Shown here piece after piece: positions 30,247-40,894 of a stretch of 64,000 nucleotides of DNA. This DNA comes from a bacterium. Lineage in GTDB: Bacteria > SAR324 > NAC60-12. The number at the start of each line of letters is the position of its first letter. Within the stretch, counting starts at the first letter, position 1. The translations under genes were made by a program, and so were the position numbers. The stretch is from contig OZ242383.1 of NCBI GenBank assembly GCA_965209155.1, positions 3,264,001-3,328,000 of the forward strand, written 5' to 3'. Under the pieces are notes generated by a model. That model saw nothing but the letters and a program-made list of their open reading frames with translations. It ran no database searches and had not been told where the DNA came from.

Positions 30247-31245
30247 ATGAGAGCCTATATCATCAGGCGGTTATTGCTGATAATCCCCACCCTGTTTATA
30301 TTGAGCATCCTGGTCTTTCTCTCCGTCCGCTTCATCCCCAGCGATGTAATAGACGTAATGCAAGCGGGGATGGAAGGCCAGCTTATCGAGATAGACCGTG
30401 AAGCTATGGAGCGTATGCTGGGATTAGACGTGCCTGTCCACGTGGCGTATGGACGCTGGATAGGAGTGTTGCCGACCCCTGATTGGGTTACCGGTGAGTC
30501 CCACTTCAAAGGTCTCCTCCAGGGCACCCTTGGCGAATCACTGATGGGCGGTTGGTCGATAGAGGAGCAGATAATAGGTAGATTGCCAGTAACCATTGAG
30601 CTTGGTTTCCTGGCAATCGTAATCGGGCTAGTGATAGCCCTGCCAGTCGGCATCTACTCGGCGATTCGCCAGGATACGGTCGCCGATTACGCTGGGCGCT
30701 CCATCGCCATCATCGGCCTGGCAACGCCTAACTTCTGGCTGGCACTTATGGTCATGATCTTTCCGGCAATCTGGTGGGGCTGGTCGCCACCGATGCAGCT
30801 GATTCCTTTCACCGAAGACCCGCTAGGGAATCTCGGGATGTTCCTCATTCCCAGCCTGATTCTGGGAACGGCCTCGGCGGCCGCCACCATGCGGATGATG
30901 CGCACCATGATGCTGGAGGTGCTGAGGCAGGACTATATCCGGACCGCCTGGTCCAAGGGACTCCGGGAGAGGGTCGTGATTATCCGGCACACTATCAAGA
31001 ATGCCCTCATCCCGGTAGTTACCCTGATCGGCCTGCAGTTGCCGATCCTGGTAGGTGGCGCCGTTATCATGGAGAACATATTTAACCTGCCGGGGATAGG
31101 TCGTCTCATGGTGACTGCCCTCAATCAGAGAGACTACCCGGTGGTCTCCGGAGTAAACCTGGTTTTCGCCACCATGGTTGTAGGGGTCAATCTAATGATA
31201 GACCTGATTTATCCTTATTTGGACCCGAGGGTGAGGTATGAGTGA
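30247..31245 (+). CDS. OppB/DppB-like ABC permease
   Basis: Paralog of 24187-25146 with the loop insertion VLPTPDWVTGESHFKGL. Confidence 0.9.
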   Translation: MRAYIIRRLLLIIPTLFILSILVFLSVRFIPSDVIDVMQAGMEGQLIEIDREAMERMLGLDVPVHVAYGRWIGVLPTPDWVTGESHFKGLLQGTLGESLMGGWSIEEQIIGRLPVTIELGFLAIVIGLVIALPVGIYSAIRQDTVADYAGRSIAIIGLATPNFWLALMVMIFPAIWWGWSPPMQLIPFTEDPLGNLGMFLIPSLILGTASAAATMRMMRTMMLEVLRQDYIRTAWSKGLRERVVIIRHTIKNALIPVVTLIGLQLPILVGGAVIMENIFNLPGIGRLMVTALNQRDYPVVSGVNLVFATMVVGVNLMIDLIYPYLDPRVRYE

Positions 31246-32194
31246 GAACCCCTCCCCCATTCGTGAGCCCAAACGACGGGGCCGGCTGGCTGATTTCTTT
31301 ATCAGGCTATGGAAGGAGAAGCCCCTGGGCACTGCCTGTGGGATGATCATCTTGCTCTTGATTTTTGTCGCTATCTTTGCCGATGTTTTAGCTCCCTATG
31401 GATATAGTGAGCGACACCTGGCAGACAGGCTGACTGGCCCATCAGCCCGGTATCTCTTGGGTACCGACCACTTGGGGCGAGACTTCTTGAGCCGCATTAT
31501 CTACGGGGCTCGCATTTCGTTACTCGTCGGCCTGGCCGCGACTGCACTCAATGTTGTCGTTGCTGTCTTGATCGGCGGTATTTCAGGATTCTTCGGGGGG
31601 AAAGTGGACCTGGCGGTGCAGCGCTTTGTCGATGCCTGGATGGCCTTTCCGGGACTGCTGCTTTTGTTAACCATTATGTCTATCGTGGGACAGGGGCTCC
31701 TCCAGATCATCGTGATCCTGGGGATCGCCGGAGGTATCGGCGGTTCAAGAGTCATCCGAAGCGCCGTGATTGGTGTCAAAGAGAATGACTATTTTCTGGC
31801 AGCCAGGGCTGTGGGCACCCCCACGAGCCAAATCCTCTTACGCCATGTCCTGCCCAATATTATGGCGACTGTCATCATCATCTTCAGCATCAACATCGGG
31901 GGGGTGATTATGGCTGAAGCTTCCCTGAGCTTCCTCGGATTCGGACTACCCATCAACATTCCTAGCTGGGGAGGTCTGCTCAGCCGGGAAGGGCGTCAGT
32001 ACATGGAGGTGGCGCCATGGCTGGCTCTCTTTCCCGGTCTTGCCCTGACGATTACCGTCTACTCCTTCAACATGTTCGGTGACGCCCTCAGGGACCTGCT
32101 CGACCCCAGGCTGCGGGGCGGTCAGGGAAGCTATGGTGCCAGGAAACGCAAACGAAGCCTCCTGGCCCGACTGATCAACCCGTTCAACGAGTAA
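31238..32194 (+). CDS. OppC/DppC-like ABC permease
   Basis: LLGTDHLGRD, YGARISL, ARAVG, HVLPN, LSFLGFG, PSWG, GDALRDLLDPR. Confidence 0.9.
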   Translation: MSENPSPIREPKRRGRLADFFIRLWKEKPLGTACGMIILLLIFVAIFADVLAPYGYSERHLADRLTGPSARYLLGTDHLGRDFLSRIIYGARISLLVGLAATALNVVVAVLIGGISGFFGGKVDLAVQRFVDAWMAFPGLLLLLTIMSIVGQGLLQIIVILGIAGGIGGSRVIRSAVIGVKENDYFLAARAVGTPTSQILLRHVLPNIMATVIIIFSINIGGVIMAEASLSFLGFGLPINIPSWGGLLSREGRQYMEVAPWLALFPGLALTITVYSFNMFGDALRDLLDPRLRGGQGSYGARKRKRSLLARLINPFNE

Positions 32195-32259
32195 GCGCAC
32201 CCTAAGAATCTGTCCCTGTTACAGACGTGGTTGTCGTGAGAAACCGAGGAAAAAATTGC

Positions 32260-33045
32260 TTAAACATCTGGATCAATTCCTGATTTTTTCAAGATTTCCC
32301 TTAGACGTTTTTCCATAGCTTCCGCCTCTTCCTTGTCTCGCAGGGCCTCTTCTAAAAGCTTTTGCCTGGTTTGTTCCTCACGGATCGCATTTTGACGGGC
32401 TTGATAGAGGTGATAGTCTCGTTCTTTTTCTGAAAATCGCTCCAGGACTGCCATGGCTTGCCTCATGTTAGGGGTGTTGATGATTTCGGGTAATTCCTGC
32501 CAGTGCTCGGCTTCTTTAAAAAAATAAAGCCATTCATCTTCAGGATTTAATCTCTCGGAATAGTGCCATTTGTCTAATTCTAAAAGATGGATCGAGCAAT
32601 GCTCCGATAACCGTTTTTGGTTTTTCTGATCAAACATTTGAAAGTGATGGTGAAAGGCAGGACTTTTGGGGAGCAAATTTTCAGTCAACATCCAAATGGA
32701 GATCACCGGACGTAATGCTGAGAATGGCTCCCCACTTTGTAACTGGGATTGATAGATGTCACTCCACGTGTAGAGCATCCTCTCCGGTAAATAAGAAAAA
32801 ACTGCCAATTGAATTTCGACCTGATAGGTCCTCCCCTTTTCATCTCTGGCTTTCACATCGACAATCGTCAACTTGTCCGAATAAAACTCGCGTTCATTAT
32901 AGGGGTTGAGGATTTCGACATCCAAAATGGGAAACGGTGGCGCCAGGACAGCATTGAGGAAATCAAGCAGTAAGTTCTTATTTTCCTCTGCTCCCAAAAT
33001 GGCCTTGTAGACACAATCGACTGTCGGAGAAATGCGATGTTTCAC
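32260..33045 (-). CDS. Rpn family nuclease, paralog of 25841-26692
   Basis: Same motifs; GTG start after SD GAGGAG; ~90 bp of upstream DNA is shared with the other copy. Confidence 0.85.
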   Translation of the reverse strand: MKHRISPTVDCVYKAILGAEENKNLLLDFLNAVLAPPFPILDVEILNPYNEREFYSDKLTIVDVKARDEKGRTYQVEIQLAVFSYLPERMLYTWSDIYQSQLQSGEPFSALRPVISIWMLTENLLPKSPAFHHHFQMFDQKNQKRLSEHCSIHLLELDKWHYSERLNPEDEWLYFFKEAEHWQELPEIINTPNMRQAMAVLERFSEKERDYHLYQARQNAIREEQTRQKLLEEALRDKEEAEAMEKRLREILKKSGIDPDV

Positions 33046-33778
33046 CAGGATACTCCTCAAAAAAGGAACAAGAAAGCCCTTGTTTTCAATCAGCTTATCA
33101 AAGCGTTTGGGCAACAGCGAGATTTATTTGTTGTCCCTATGTCTCGAAGAAAGTTTTAAGCATCGCAGAACTGAAAGAGTTTTCCCCGTTATCTCAGCGG
33201 AGCATCGAAACGCGTGCCGAGAGCGCATCAGTCCTTCAGGATATTGCCATCATCGTTCTTTTGTGATCGTTTTCAAGAAATCGCTTTTTGCTGAAGGTTT
33301 TTAAGAATTTCGGCTTGTTTTTCGTTTTTTTTATTGATAAGTTTCAACGAAATCAGCCTTGGGTGGAACGTTTTATTTCTATTTCGCTCTTATTTTGAAC
33401 CGAACCTCATCTAAAACCTCAAATCCTCCCCAGAGGATTTTTAGAAACGTTCAACGGGGAATGGGAAAGTGCTAAAAATGTTGACTTCCATATCCAAATA
33501 TGAAAAATTATTTTCGTTGATCATCAGAAGACATTCATGAATGAGTCGCCCTGTTCAAAAAACCTTGATACATTTGCAGAGCGATTATACTATTTCCAGG
33601 TATGAGAAAAATTTGCTTTAAATGACTAAATCGGATCCGTCTTAAAAAATATGTTGATTTTCTTCTGGATATAAAATATTTTCCTTAAAGAGTCGCTGTC
33701 GCGAAATGGCTTTTCGCTGTCAGCTATCAATCAGGATGACATGAAAGTCTGAAATTAACCCGTCAAATATAAAATAGC

Positions 33779-33808
33779 TTGACAATAAGGTTAATATGAG
33801 AGTATCAT
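33779..33808 (+). promoter_or_regulatory. Putative sigma70 promoter upstream of SBP paralog 4
   Basis: TTGACA-18-TATCAT. Confidence 0.55.
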
Positions 33809-33813
33809 TCAAT

Positions 33814-33861
33814 CACCCGGCACCCGGCACCCGGCACCCGGCACCCGGCACCCGGCACCCC
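33814..33861 (+). repeat. Heptamer tandem repeat (CACCCGG)6 plus a partial unit
   Basis: Read directly from the sequence. Confidence 0.95.
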
Positions 33862-34213
33862 AAGTTCTAAGTTCCCACATTCTGAATCCCAAGTCCCCAG
33901 TTCATTGGGTTGTCCCCCCTTATCTTATCTCGACTTCAGGGAGAGATCTTTGAAGTTGTACCTCAGTTCATCAGCCAACGGAAATTCCTCGAGCAAATTG
34001 AAAGCTCAAGGTCCATGGCCCATCCTGGAGCCAATGAATCGGTTTTTGATAGGGTAATATTCATGGTGAATATCGCTTTTTTAACTTTTTATATCAGAGG
34101 TCAAAATGAAAGTAATAATCAGAAGCATCGTCGAGAACGTGCTTTCGGGAACGAAAGCAGGTTTTAAATCAATCCTAAATCTTGTTTTTAATCAAAAAAA
34201 AGAAAGGAAAAAG

Positions 34214-36010
34214 ATGGATAATCAAAAAAGCAAATCAACCTTCAGTGCAATCCTGCTGGCCTTCATCCTGAGCGTGACCATGCTCTGGGTCAGTTCGGCT
34301 GTGGCAGCCGAGAAAAAGATGGTTAAAGATCCGGCCACTGGTAAAATGGTAACCGCACCGGTGTATGGCGGGACATTGACCTATCCCCATAACAGAGCAA
34401 GCGAGATTGTAGACCCCTTTACTGTTGGCCCCGCAGCGGGCTGGCTCATAGACGGTGTCAATGAGAAGCTCGCCTACGGAAACTGGGGACTGAATCGGGA
34501 AGAATATGACTTTAGAGACTCTCACGCCCCTCTGTTTGCTTTCACCGGAAATCTGGCGAAAAGCTGGGAAACGCCTAACCCACTGACGTATGTTTTTCAC
34601 ATCCGTCAGGGCGTTCACTTCGCTCTCGATCCGGACAGTGAGGCCAGTCGGCTCGTAGGTGGTCGCGAGCTAACCGCCGATGATGTCGTCTATACCTATC
34701 AGCGCAATAACGCTCTGGGTGACTTCACCGAACGTCCCCTTAGGGCTGGCTCAACTATCAACCTGCCATGGGAATCGATCGAGGCCCGCGACAAATATAC
34801 GGTTGTTATGAAGCTGACGGAGCCGTCTATCAATGCACTGGACGCTATCATCCGGGAATGGCAGGATTGGATATTACCTGCCGAGGTAATCGAGCGATAC
34901 GGCGACTATAAGGACTGGAGGAACGTGGTCGGCACCGGTCCCTTTATACTGACCGACTACGTCGAGGGCGTCTCCAAATCCTATATCAAGAATCCTGACT
35001 ACTGGGGCTTCGACGAAAAATACCCGCAGAACCGCCTGCCCTATATTGATCAGTTAAGGGCTCTGAGAATGGCAGAAGAAGCCACACGTATCTCGGCAAT
35101 ACGCACGGGTAAGGTGGATATGAATCATCACGCCGGCGTCGTTGACATAGGAAGCATCGACGTGGTAAGGGGCCTCCAGAAAACCAACCCAGAAATCAGG
35201 GTATGGCCATTTTTCCAGCGAAATTTTCAGTCGTTTGGTCTGAACATGCGCATCGCGCCGTTTGATGACATCAGGGTGCGCCACGCGCTGCAGATGGCAC
35301 TGGACCTGGAGACGATTAACGATACCTACTATGACGGTTATGCAAAGGTGGAACCTGGGTATATCGCCGTCAAGGGGTATCACACGCCATTTCAAGAGTG
35401 GCCCGAAGAGCTCAAGCAATACTACAGGTATGACCCGCAAGGTGCTGAGAAGCTGCTTGATGAGGCCGGCTATCCGCGCGGCGCGGACGGCGTTCGATTC
35501 AAGGTCGACTATATGCATCGCGACATCTTTGATTTGGGGTTTGTCGAAATAGCTGTCGACTACTGGGCAGAGATTGGCATTGAGATAACGATTCGTGTTT
35601 TCGACTGGGGGACTATAGGCCCTGCCAAAAGAGAAGGTAATTATGAGATGGCCATTGGCGACTGCTCCTGGTATTCGCCTCCTGCCGTGCTCGTAGGCAA
35701 CTATCGCGCGGACGAACTATGGTCGCAGGAAACGGTGGGCGGAATCGAGACTCCTGAGCTGACCGCCGCCTATGAGGCCTTCTTCGCCGCTACCACCATT
35801 GAGCAGCAAATGGCGTCAGCAAAAGAGTTCGATATGGCCGTGATGAGGCAGCACAATCAGGTATGCGGTCCTTTTGCCCCACATTATCAGGTGAGCCATC
35901 CGTGGGTCGGAGGTTTTAGCGGTGAATGGGCGTTGGGACAGTTTAGCCATCATACTATCTTCGCCCGCCTCTGGATTGACCAGGATCTGAAGAAAGAAAT
36001 GGGGTTTTAG
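34214..36010 (+). CDS. Family-5 ABC substrate-binding protein, paralog 4 (no sigma upstream)
   Basis: SD AAGGA, signal peptide, SBP motifs; frame is open from 34106. Confidence 0.88.
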   Translation: MDNQKSKSTFSAILLAFILSVTMLWVSSAVAAEKKMVKDPATGKMVTAPVYGGTLTYPHNRASEIVDPFTVGPAAGWLIDGVNEKLAYGNWGLNREEYDFRDSHAPLFAFTGNLAKSWETPNPLTYVFHIRQGVHFALDPDSEASRLVGGRELTADDVVYTYQRNNALGDFTERPLRAGSTINLPWESIEARDKYTVVMKLTEPSINALDAIIREWQDWILPAEVIERYGDYKDWRNVVGTGPFILTDYVEGVSKSYIKNPDYWGFDEKYPQNRLPYIDQLRALRMAEEATRISAIRTGKVDMNHHAGVVDIGSIDVVRGLQKTNPEIRVWPFFQRNFQSFGLNMRIAPFDDIRVRHALQMALDLETINDTYYDGYAKVEPGYIAVKGYHTPFQEWPEELKQYYRYDPQGAEKLLDEAGYPRGADGVRFKVDYMHRDIFDLGFVEIAVDYWAEIGIEITIRVFDWGTIGPAKREGNYEMAIGDCSWYSPPAVLVGNYRADELWSQETVGGIETPELTAAYEAFFAATTIEQQMASAKEFDMAVMRQHNQVCGPFAPHYQVSHPWVGGFSGEWALGQFSHHTIFARLWIDQDLKKEMGF

Positions 36011-36018
36011 GGTTTCGC

Positions 36019-36984
36019 ATGAGAGCCTATCTCATTAGGCGGCTCTTGCTGCTGATCCCCACCCTGTTTCTCTTGTCCGTCCTGGTCTTTCTCTCGGTGC
36101 GCTTCATCCCAGGCGATGTCATCGACATCATGGCCAGCAATATATTGGGCTCTGGCGGCGCCGTCGGCGTGGTCGATCGCGCGGCCATGGAACGTAGGCT
36201 CGGCCTGGACCTGCCGATCCACGTGCAGTACGGCCGCTGGATCGGCGGCATCCTCCTGCGTGGCACCCTCGGCGAGTCGTTGCTGGGAGGTTGGCGGATC
36301 GAGAAGCGGCTATTCGATCGCTTGCCCATCACCCTGGAGCTGGGCGTCATGGCCATCCTCATTGGGCTGGTGATCGCGCTACCCGTCGGCATTTACTCGG
36401 CGATTCGCCAGGATACCGCCGCCGACTACGTGGGGCGCATCCTCGCGATTCTCGGCCTGGCCACCCCCAACTTCTGGCTGGGCATTATGGTCATGATCTA
36501 CCCGGCCATCTGGTGGGGCTGGTCGCCCCCGATGGAGTTGGTGCCTTTTGCCGAAGACCCGTGGGGCCACCTGGGGATCCTGGTCATTCCCAGCCTGATT
36601 GTGGGGACGGCCATGTCTGCCGCCACCATGCGCCTGACGCGCACCATGATGCTGGAGGTGCTCCGGCAGGACTATATCCGCACCGCCTGGGCCAAGGGGC
36701 TCAAGGAACAAACGGTCGTGCTGAGACACGCCGTCAAAAATGCCCTCATCCCGGTCGTCACCCTGGTCGGCTTGCAGTTGCCTCTCGTGGTCGGGGGGGC
36801 TGTGATCATTGAAAACCTCTTTAACCTGCCGGGTTTAGGCCGTCTCCTGGTGGATGCCCTCTCTGACCGGGATTACCCGGTGGTCTCCGGAGTCAACCTG
36901 TTTTTCGCCTGCATCGTTTTGTTGAACAACCTCTTCATCGACCTCATTTATGCCTATTTGGACCCCAGGATCCGGTATCAATAA
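36019..36984 (+). CDS. OppB/DppB-like ABC permease
   Basis: Paralog of the other OppB-like genes. Confidence 0.9.
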   Translation: MRAYLIRRLLLLIPTLFLLSVLVFLSVRFIPGDVIDIMASNILGSGGAVGVVDRAAMERRLGLDLPIHVQYGRWIGGILLRGTLGESLLGGWRIEKRLFDRLPITLELGVMAILIGLVIALPVGIYSAIRQDTAADYVGRILAILGLATPNFWLGIMVMIYPAIWWGWSPPMELVPFAEDPWGHLGILVIPSLIVGTAMSAATMRLTRTMMLEVLRQDYIRTAWAKGLKEQTVVLRHAVKNALIPVVTLVGLQLPLVVGGAVIIENLFNLPGLGRLLVDALSDRDYPVVSGVNLFFACIVLLNNLFIDLIYAYLDPRIRYQ

Positions 36985-37021
36985 GGAGATTTCCGGATAA
37001 GAAATTCCCCTCCTGGGAGGG

Positions 37022-37071
37022 TGTATAGACTTGGGTGATGGGTAACAAAACGTACCGGGTGATGGGTAACA
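37022..37071. mobile_element. Solo IS end (TGT-start, IS481-like) with two internal direct repeats
   Basis: tgtatagactt followed by gggtgatgggtaaca x2; no transposase follows. Confidence 0.45.
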
Positions 37072-37109
37072 CCTGGTCCCATGTGTTAGGAGGACAAATG
37101 CTTGTGTCA

Positions 37110-37250
37110 TTGACCCCGAAGGGGTTGAACATACCAGCCCAGGGCAACGCCCTGGGAAACAATGGCCCCCTCAAATCAGCCCTGAAAGGGCGTCACATGG
37201 GACACGGGGATTGACCCCTGATTGATGTGACGCCCTTTCAGGGCTAATCC
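37110..37250. repeat. REP-like palindrome cluster
   Basis: ccccgaagggg, cccagggcaacgccctggg, and the pair agccctgaaagggcgtcacat / atgtgacgccctttcagggct. Confidence 0.7.
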
Positions 37251-37399
37251 TTGGGGAATCTCCGAACCCAGAATAGGGGACAGGCAAATTATTTTAAAGC
37301 ATCATTTCGTTGAAATGATTGATCGCAATCAGCAATATACACAATCCGAGCAGCTAACCCTGGTGCACTTGATGGGTTCAAAAAGGCTGGAATTTTCTT

Positions 37400-37744
37400 C
37401 TACATCTCAAGGATGGTTGCTAAAGCTTTTTTGATGGCAGTCATGTCTTGTTGCGTGACACTTCCTAATTTTCTGACAAACCGTTGCTTGGATACAGAAC
37501 GTATTTGAAACGTGTCTACAGCAGAATCTTTACTGAGTCCATTTTGAGGGGTGGGTGGCATTTTCACCATCCAAGGAGCAATGCCATATCCTTCTTTCCA
37601 ATCAGTTTCAGGAACAATGACTTTCAATGCTAATATGCCAATCGCATCGGCACTCAGAATGATAGCAGGACGTGTCTTAGTTATCTCGTCTCCTTTGGTT
37701 GGACGAAGATTGATAAGCCAGACCTCACCGTTTTTCATCGTCAT
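37400..37744 (-). CDS. PemK/MazF family toxin
   Basis: GEVWLINLRPTKGDEITKTRPAIILS...NGLSKDSAVDTFQIRSVSKQR. Confidence 0.85.
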   Translation of the reverse strand: MTMKNGEVWLINLRPTKGDEITKTRPAIILSADAIGILALKVIVPETDWKEGYGIAPWMVKMPPTPQNGLSKDSAVDTFQIRSVSKQRFVRKLGSVTQQDMTAIKKALATILEM

Positions 37745-37967
37745 ATTCGTAAAAAGCCTCCTCATCAAGAGCAGTAAAAGCAGTTAATTCGGGATCGTTT
37801 GCGTAATCGTCCTGTAAAGCAATTGCAGCTTGTTCTAATCGCTTTTGGAGAATTGTCTTTTGCTGAATAATGACCGCTTCCAACATTTCTTCAATAGTTT
37901 GTCCTTGCTCTTCCGCTAAATCTTTGAGCCGCATATAATTTTCATCACTCACCAAAATCGACTGCAT
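37725..37967 (-). CDS. Cognate antitoxin candidate
   Basis: 80 aa ORF overlapping the toxin start, SD AGGAAGG, ends DYANDPELTAFTALDEEAFYEY. Confidence 0.7.
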   Translation of the reverse strand: MQSILVSDENYMRLKDLAEEQGQTIEEMLEAVIIQQKTILQKRLEQAAIALQDDYANDPELTAFTALDEEAFYEYDDEKR

Positions 37968-38301
37968 GGCGTCCTTCCTTCTGATGGGAGTGTTTAATGT
38001 GAGACTGAGGCCAATCAACTTTGAGTATAGCGATTTGAGGAAGAAAGCACAAATTGGAAAAAAGAAATATGCAAATTGGAACAGAAAAACAAAAGTGGAT
38101 TCAATTGCAAAAGCTTTTCCCGATATTTCAGTAACTCCAATGGCATCACCAATTTGTCCTTGTTTCCGGCGTAAACGCCCCCGATAGAATACCAAACGCT
38201 AGCGAGCCGTAGGCCATAAATCCAATATTGTTGGCCGTCGGGCGTGCATTCCGAGGTCTCGTCCGTCAGAGCGTCATTCATGTAGTCCGGCATCATTTTC
38301 A

Positions 38302-39233
38302 AGCCCAAACGACGGGGCCGGCTGGCTGATTTCTTTATCAGGCTATGGAAGGAGAAGCCCCTGGGCACTGCCTGTGGAATGATCATCTTGCTCTTGATTT
38401 TTGTCGCTATCTTCGCCGATGTTCTGGCTCCCTATCGCTATACGGAAATGCACCTGGTAGACAGGTTGACTGGCCCATCAGCCCGGTATCTGCTGGGTAC
38501 CGACCAGATAGGGCGAGACCTCCTGAGCCGCCTGATCGTCGGGGCTCGCATTTCCATGCTGGTCGGTCTGTCCGCGACCACTCTTAATCTTGTGGTCGCT
38601 GTCCTGATCGGCGGCATCTCAGGATTCCTTGGGGGAAAAGTGGACCTGGTGGTGCAGCGCTTTATCGACGCCTGGATGGCCTTCCCGGGGTTGCTGCTCC
38701 TGCTGACCATCATGTCCATTGTGGGACAGGGTCTCCCCCAGATCATTGTGGTCTTGGGGGTCACCGGAGGCATCGGCGCCTCCCGAGTCGTCAGAGGCGC
38801 TGTGATCGGTATTAAAGAGAATGACTATTTTCTGGCCGCCAGGGCCGTGGGCACCCCCACAAGCCAAATCCTGGTCCGCCATGTCCTGCCCAATATTATG
38901 GCGCCCGTCATCATTATCTTCTCCATCAACATCGGGGGGGTGATTATTTCCGAGGCCTCCCTGAGCTTTCTCGGATATGGTCTGCCTCCCGAGATTCCCA
39001 GCTGGGGAGGCATGCTCAGCTGGGATGGACGTCGATACATGGAGCAGGCGCCCTGGCTGGCGCTCTGGCCCGGTCTTTGCCTGACAATTGTCGTCTACTC
39101 TCTCAATATGTTCGGCGACGCCTTGCGGGATCTGCTCGATCCCCGGCTGCGCGGCGGAGAGGGCAGTTACGGCACTGCGAAGATGAAACGCAAACGAGGC
39201 TTCCTCGCCAGATTGATCAATCCTTTCTCTTAG
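38302..39233 (+). pseudogene. OppC/DppC-like permease lacking its first ~10 codons (could restart at 38379)
   Basis: Matches the 31238 paralog from agcccaaacgacgggg onward; separated from its oppB by a 1.3 kb insert. Confidence 0.75.
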
Positions 39234-39721
39234 GAGGCTCTCCCTCATCTATGAGGCCGCCAAAGCCAATAACCAAGGATTACTGGGGGCTTTATTCCAA
39301 CGCTGCCCAAAAGGGAGTTTACGTCAAATGGAGGGAATTCCTGGGACAAGAGGTGTGGGAAAGCAAGAAAGAACCCCAGGATTGGCAGAGTGTTCCGGAG
39401 CGGTGTTTCCCTGAAGATTCCACGCAGTCCTGGTTCTGTCCGGTTTGCGGCAAGCGATTGAACGCAAAAGCCTTCAGTATCCTCTCTCTATAACAATATT
39501 TAGAGGAGGTCAATCGATTTTTTTTGTTCCTCTTAACTCCTCAGGGGCGAGTGCTTGTCTCATCCTGGAGTTGATCCTCGCTGTTTTCTGTGTCAGTTCT
39601 TGAAAATACAGGGCAATTCTGCCCTTCCAGGAGCGAAAAGCAGGAGATGCAGAGCAAATCATGTCAAGAAGTGATGCGCACTCAAAATAAGCAGCTTTCG
39701 CAAAAAGTTGCTTGAGCTTGC

Positions 39722-40609
39722 TTAGGAGCGATTGAGTTGAGATTGAAGCTGTTGAAGCAGGTTTTGTAACTCTTCTTTCCTTTTTCGAATCAACTCTTCT
39801 TCAGGAGTCCTCTCTTGTTTGAGAAGGTTTTGAGTCATGTGGATTTGACCGATCAGTATCCCTTCTTCTCGACCTTCTTCTCGACCTTTTTCCAGACCTT
39901 CTTCTCGGCCTTCTTCCAAACCTTGTGATTTTCCGATTTGGATCAGTTCTTTTCCGGCGACGGTTTCGTCTAATGGGGTCAGTTTGAGCATCTTTTCTAT
40001 CTCCTCTCTCGTCAGTTTAGAAAACTTCTCTACAATAGCATAGGTTAACAATTCTATCAAATGCCTTTTTTCGGACTCCGGGGAATCCAACCTCTCCAGA
40101 GTGGCTTTCCATTGCGGTATTTTTTCTGCCAATTCTTCCCGGCTCTCCAAGACCAAAGGTTCCAAAACCATCAGCGCTTTGTGATGATGTCCTGCTTTTT
40201 TAAGACTGTCGGCTAAATTGACTTGGATCAATTGATTCGGTGGTAAACAGGAAAAGGGGAGATCTTTAGGGTCATATTTTTCATCAATATACAGAACAAT
40301 GGCGATGAAGGGTTGGTCATCCTCACTTTGCAGATAATAAGTCGTCAATTCTTGAAAGAGACGCCAAACAACTTTTTTATCGTCATAACCTTGTACTTCT
40401 AAAAAGAGGTTGGGTCCTTCTCCATCGGTGCGCCTGAAAAATCCATCGATTCGTCTTTCCACTCTCTTGAGGGTGATACTTTCAAAAACATACGAACCCT
40501 GTAAATTCAATTGAAGCAATTGGATCAGGGCATCCGGTTTCAATTGAAAAAATTCGTAAAACAATTCATCGGTTCTCAAAAGATTGCTCCGTTTGATGAG
40601 GTTTGACAT
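39722..40609 (-). CDS. DUF2887/Rpn-like PD-(D/E)XK family protein with C-terminal EEGR repeats
   Basis: RTDELFYEFFQ, ERRIDGFF, FLEVQ, tail GLEEGREEGLEKGREEGREEG. Confidence 0.78.
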   Translation of the reverse strand: MSNLIKRSNLLRTDELFYEFFQLKPDALIQLLQLNLQGSYVFESITLKRVERRIDGFFRRTDGEGPNLFLEVQGYDDKKVVWRLFQELTTYYLQSEDDQPFIAIVLYIDEKYDPKDLPFSCLPPNQLIQVNLADSLKKAGHHHKALMVLEPLVLESREELAEKIPQWKATLERLDSPESEKRHLIELLTYAIVEKFSKLTREEIEKMLKLTPLDETVAGKELIQIGKSQGLEEGREEGLEKGREEGREEGILIGQIHMTQNLLKQERTPEEELIRKRKEELQNLLQQLQSQLNRS

Positions 40610-40894
40610 GAATGATTTCCCCTATCTTATCAATCTACCAAAATAATCTCAATTTATTTCATCCCTCTTGCCTCTTCCTCACCCTGCATGGACCCTCCCT
40701 CCTCTTCTTTCCCAGTGGAGCATCCTTTTATGTTGTTTCCTTTGATGTCAATGTGTTATCGTTTATTGTGATTCGACTGATAACCACTCAAGAAAAAAGT
40801 GCCAACCAGCGGTTCACTGAACGCCCACCCCCTGCGCTTTTCACGAAGTTTTGTGGCAAACTGTCAGTTCATCTCTATTCCAAAATCGGGGTCA

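Noticed and set aside
39240..39500. Possible IS91-like transposase C-terminal fragment (YWGLYSN...CPVCG)
   Set aside because: Too short and degenerate to call without a search
40799..40880. Additional attC starting GTGCCAAC
   Set aside because: Only the left part is visible; no complementary arm, GTT end or matching cassette start was found
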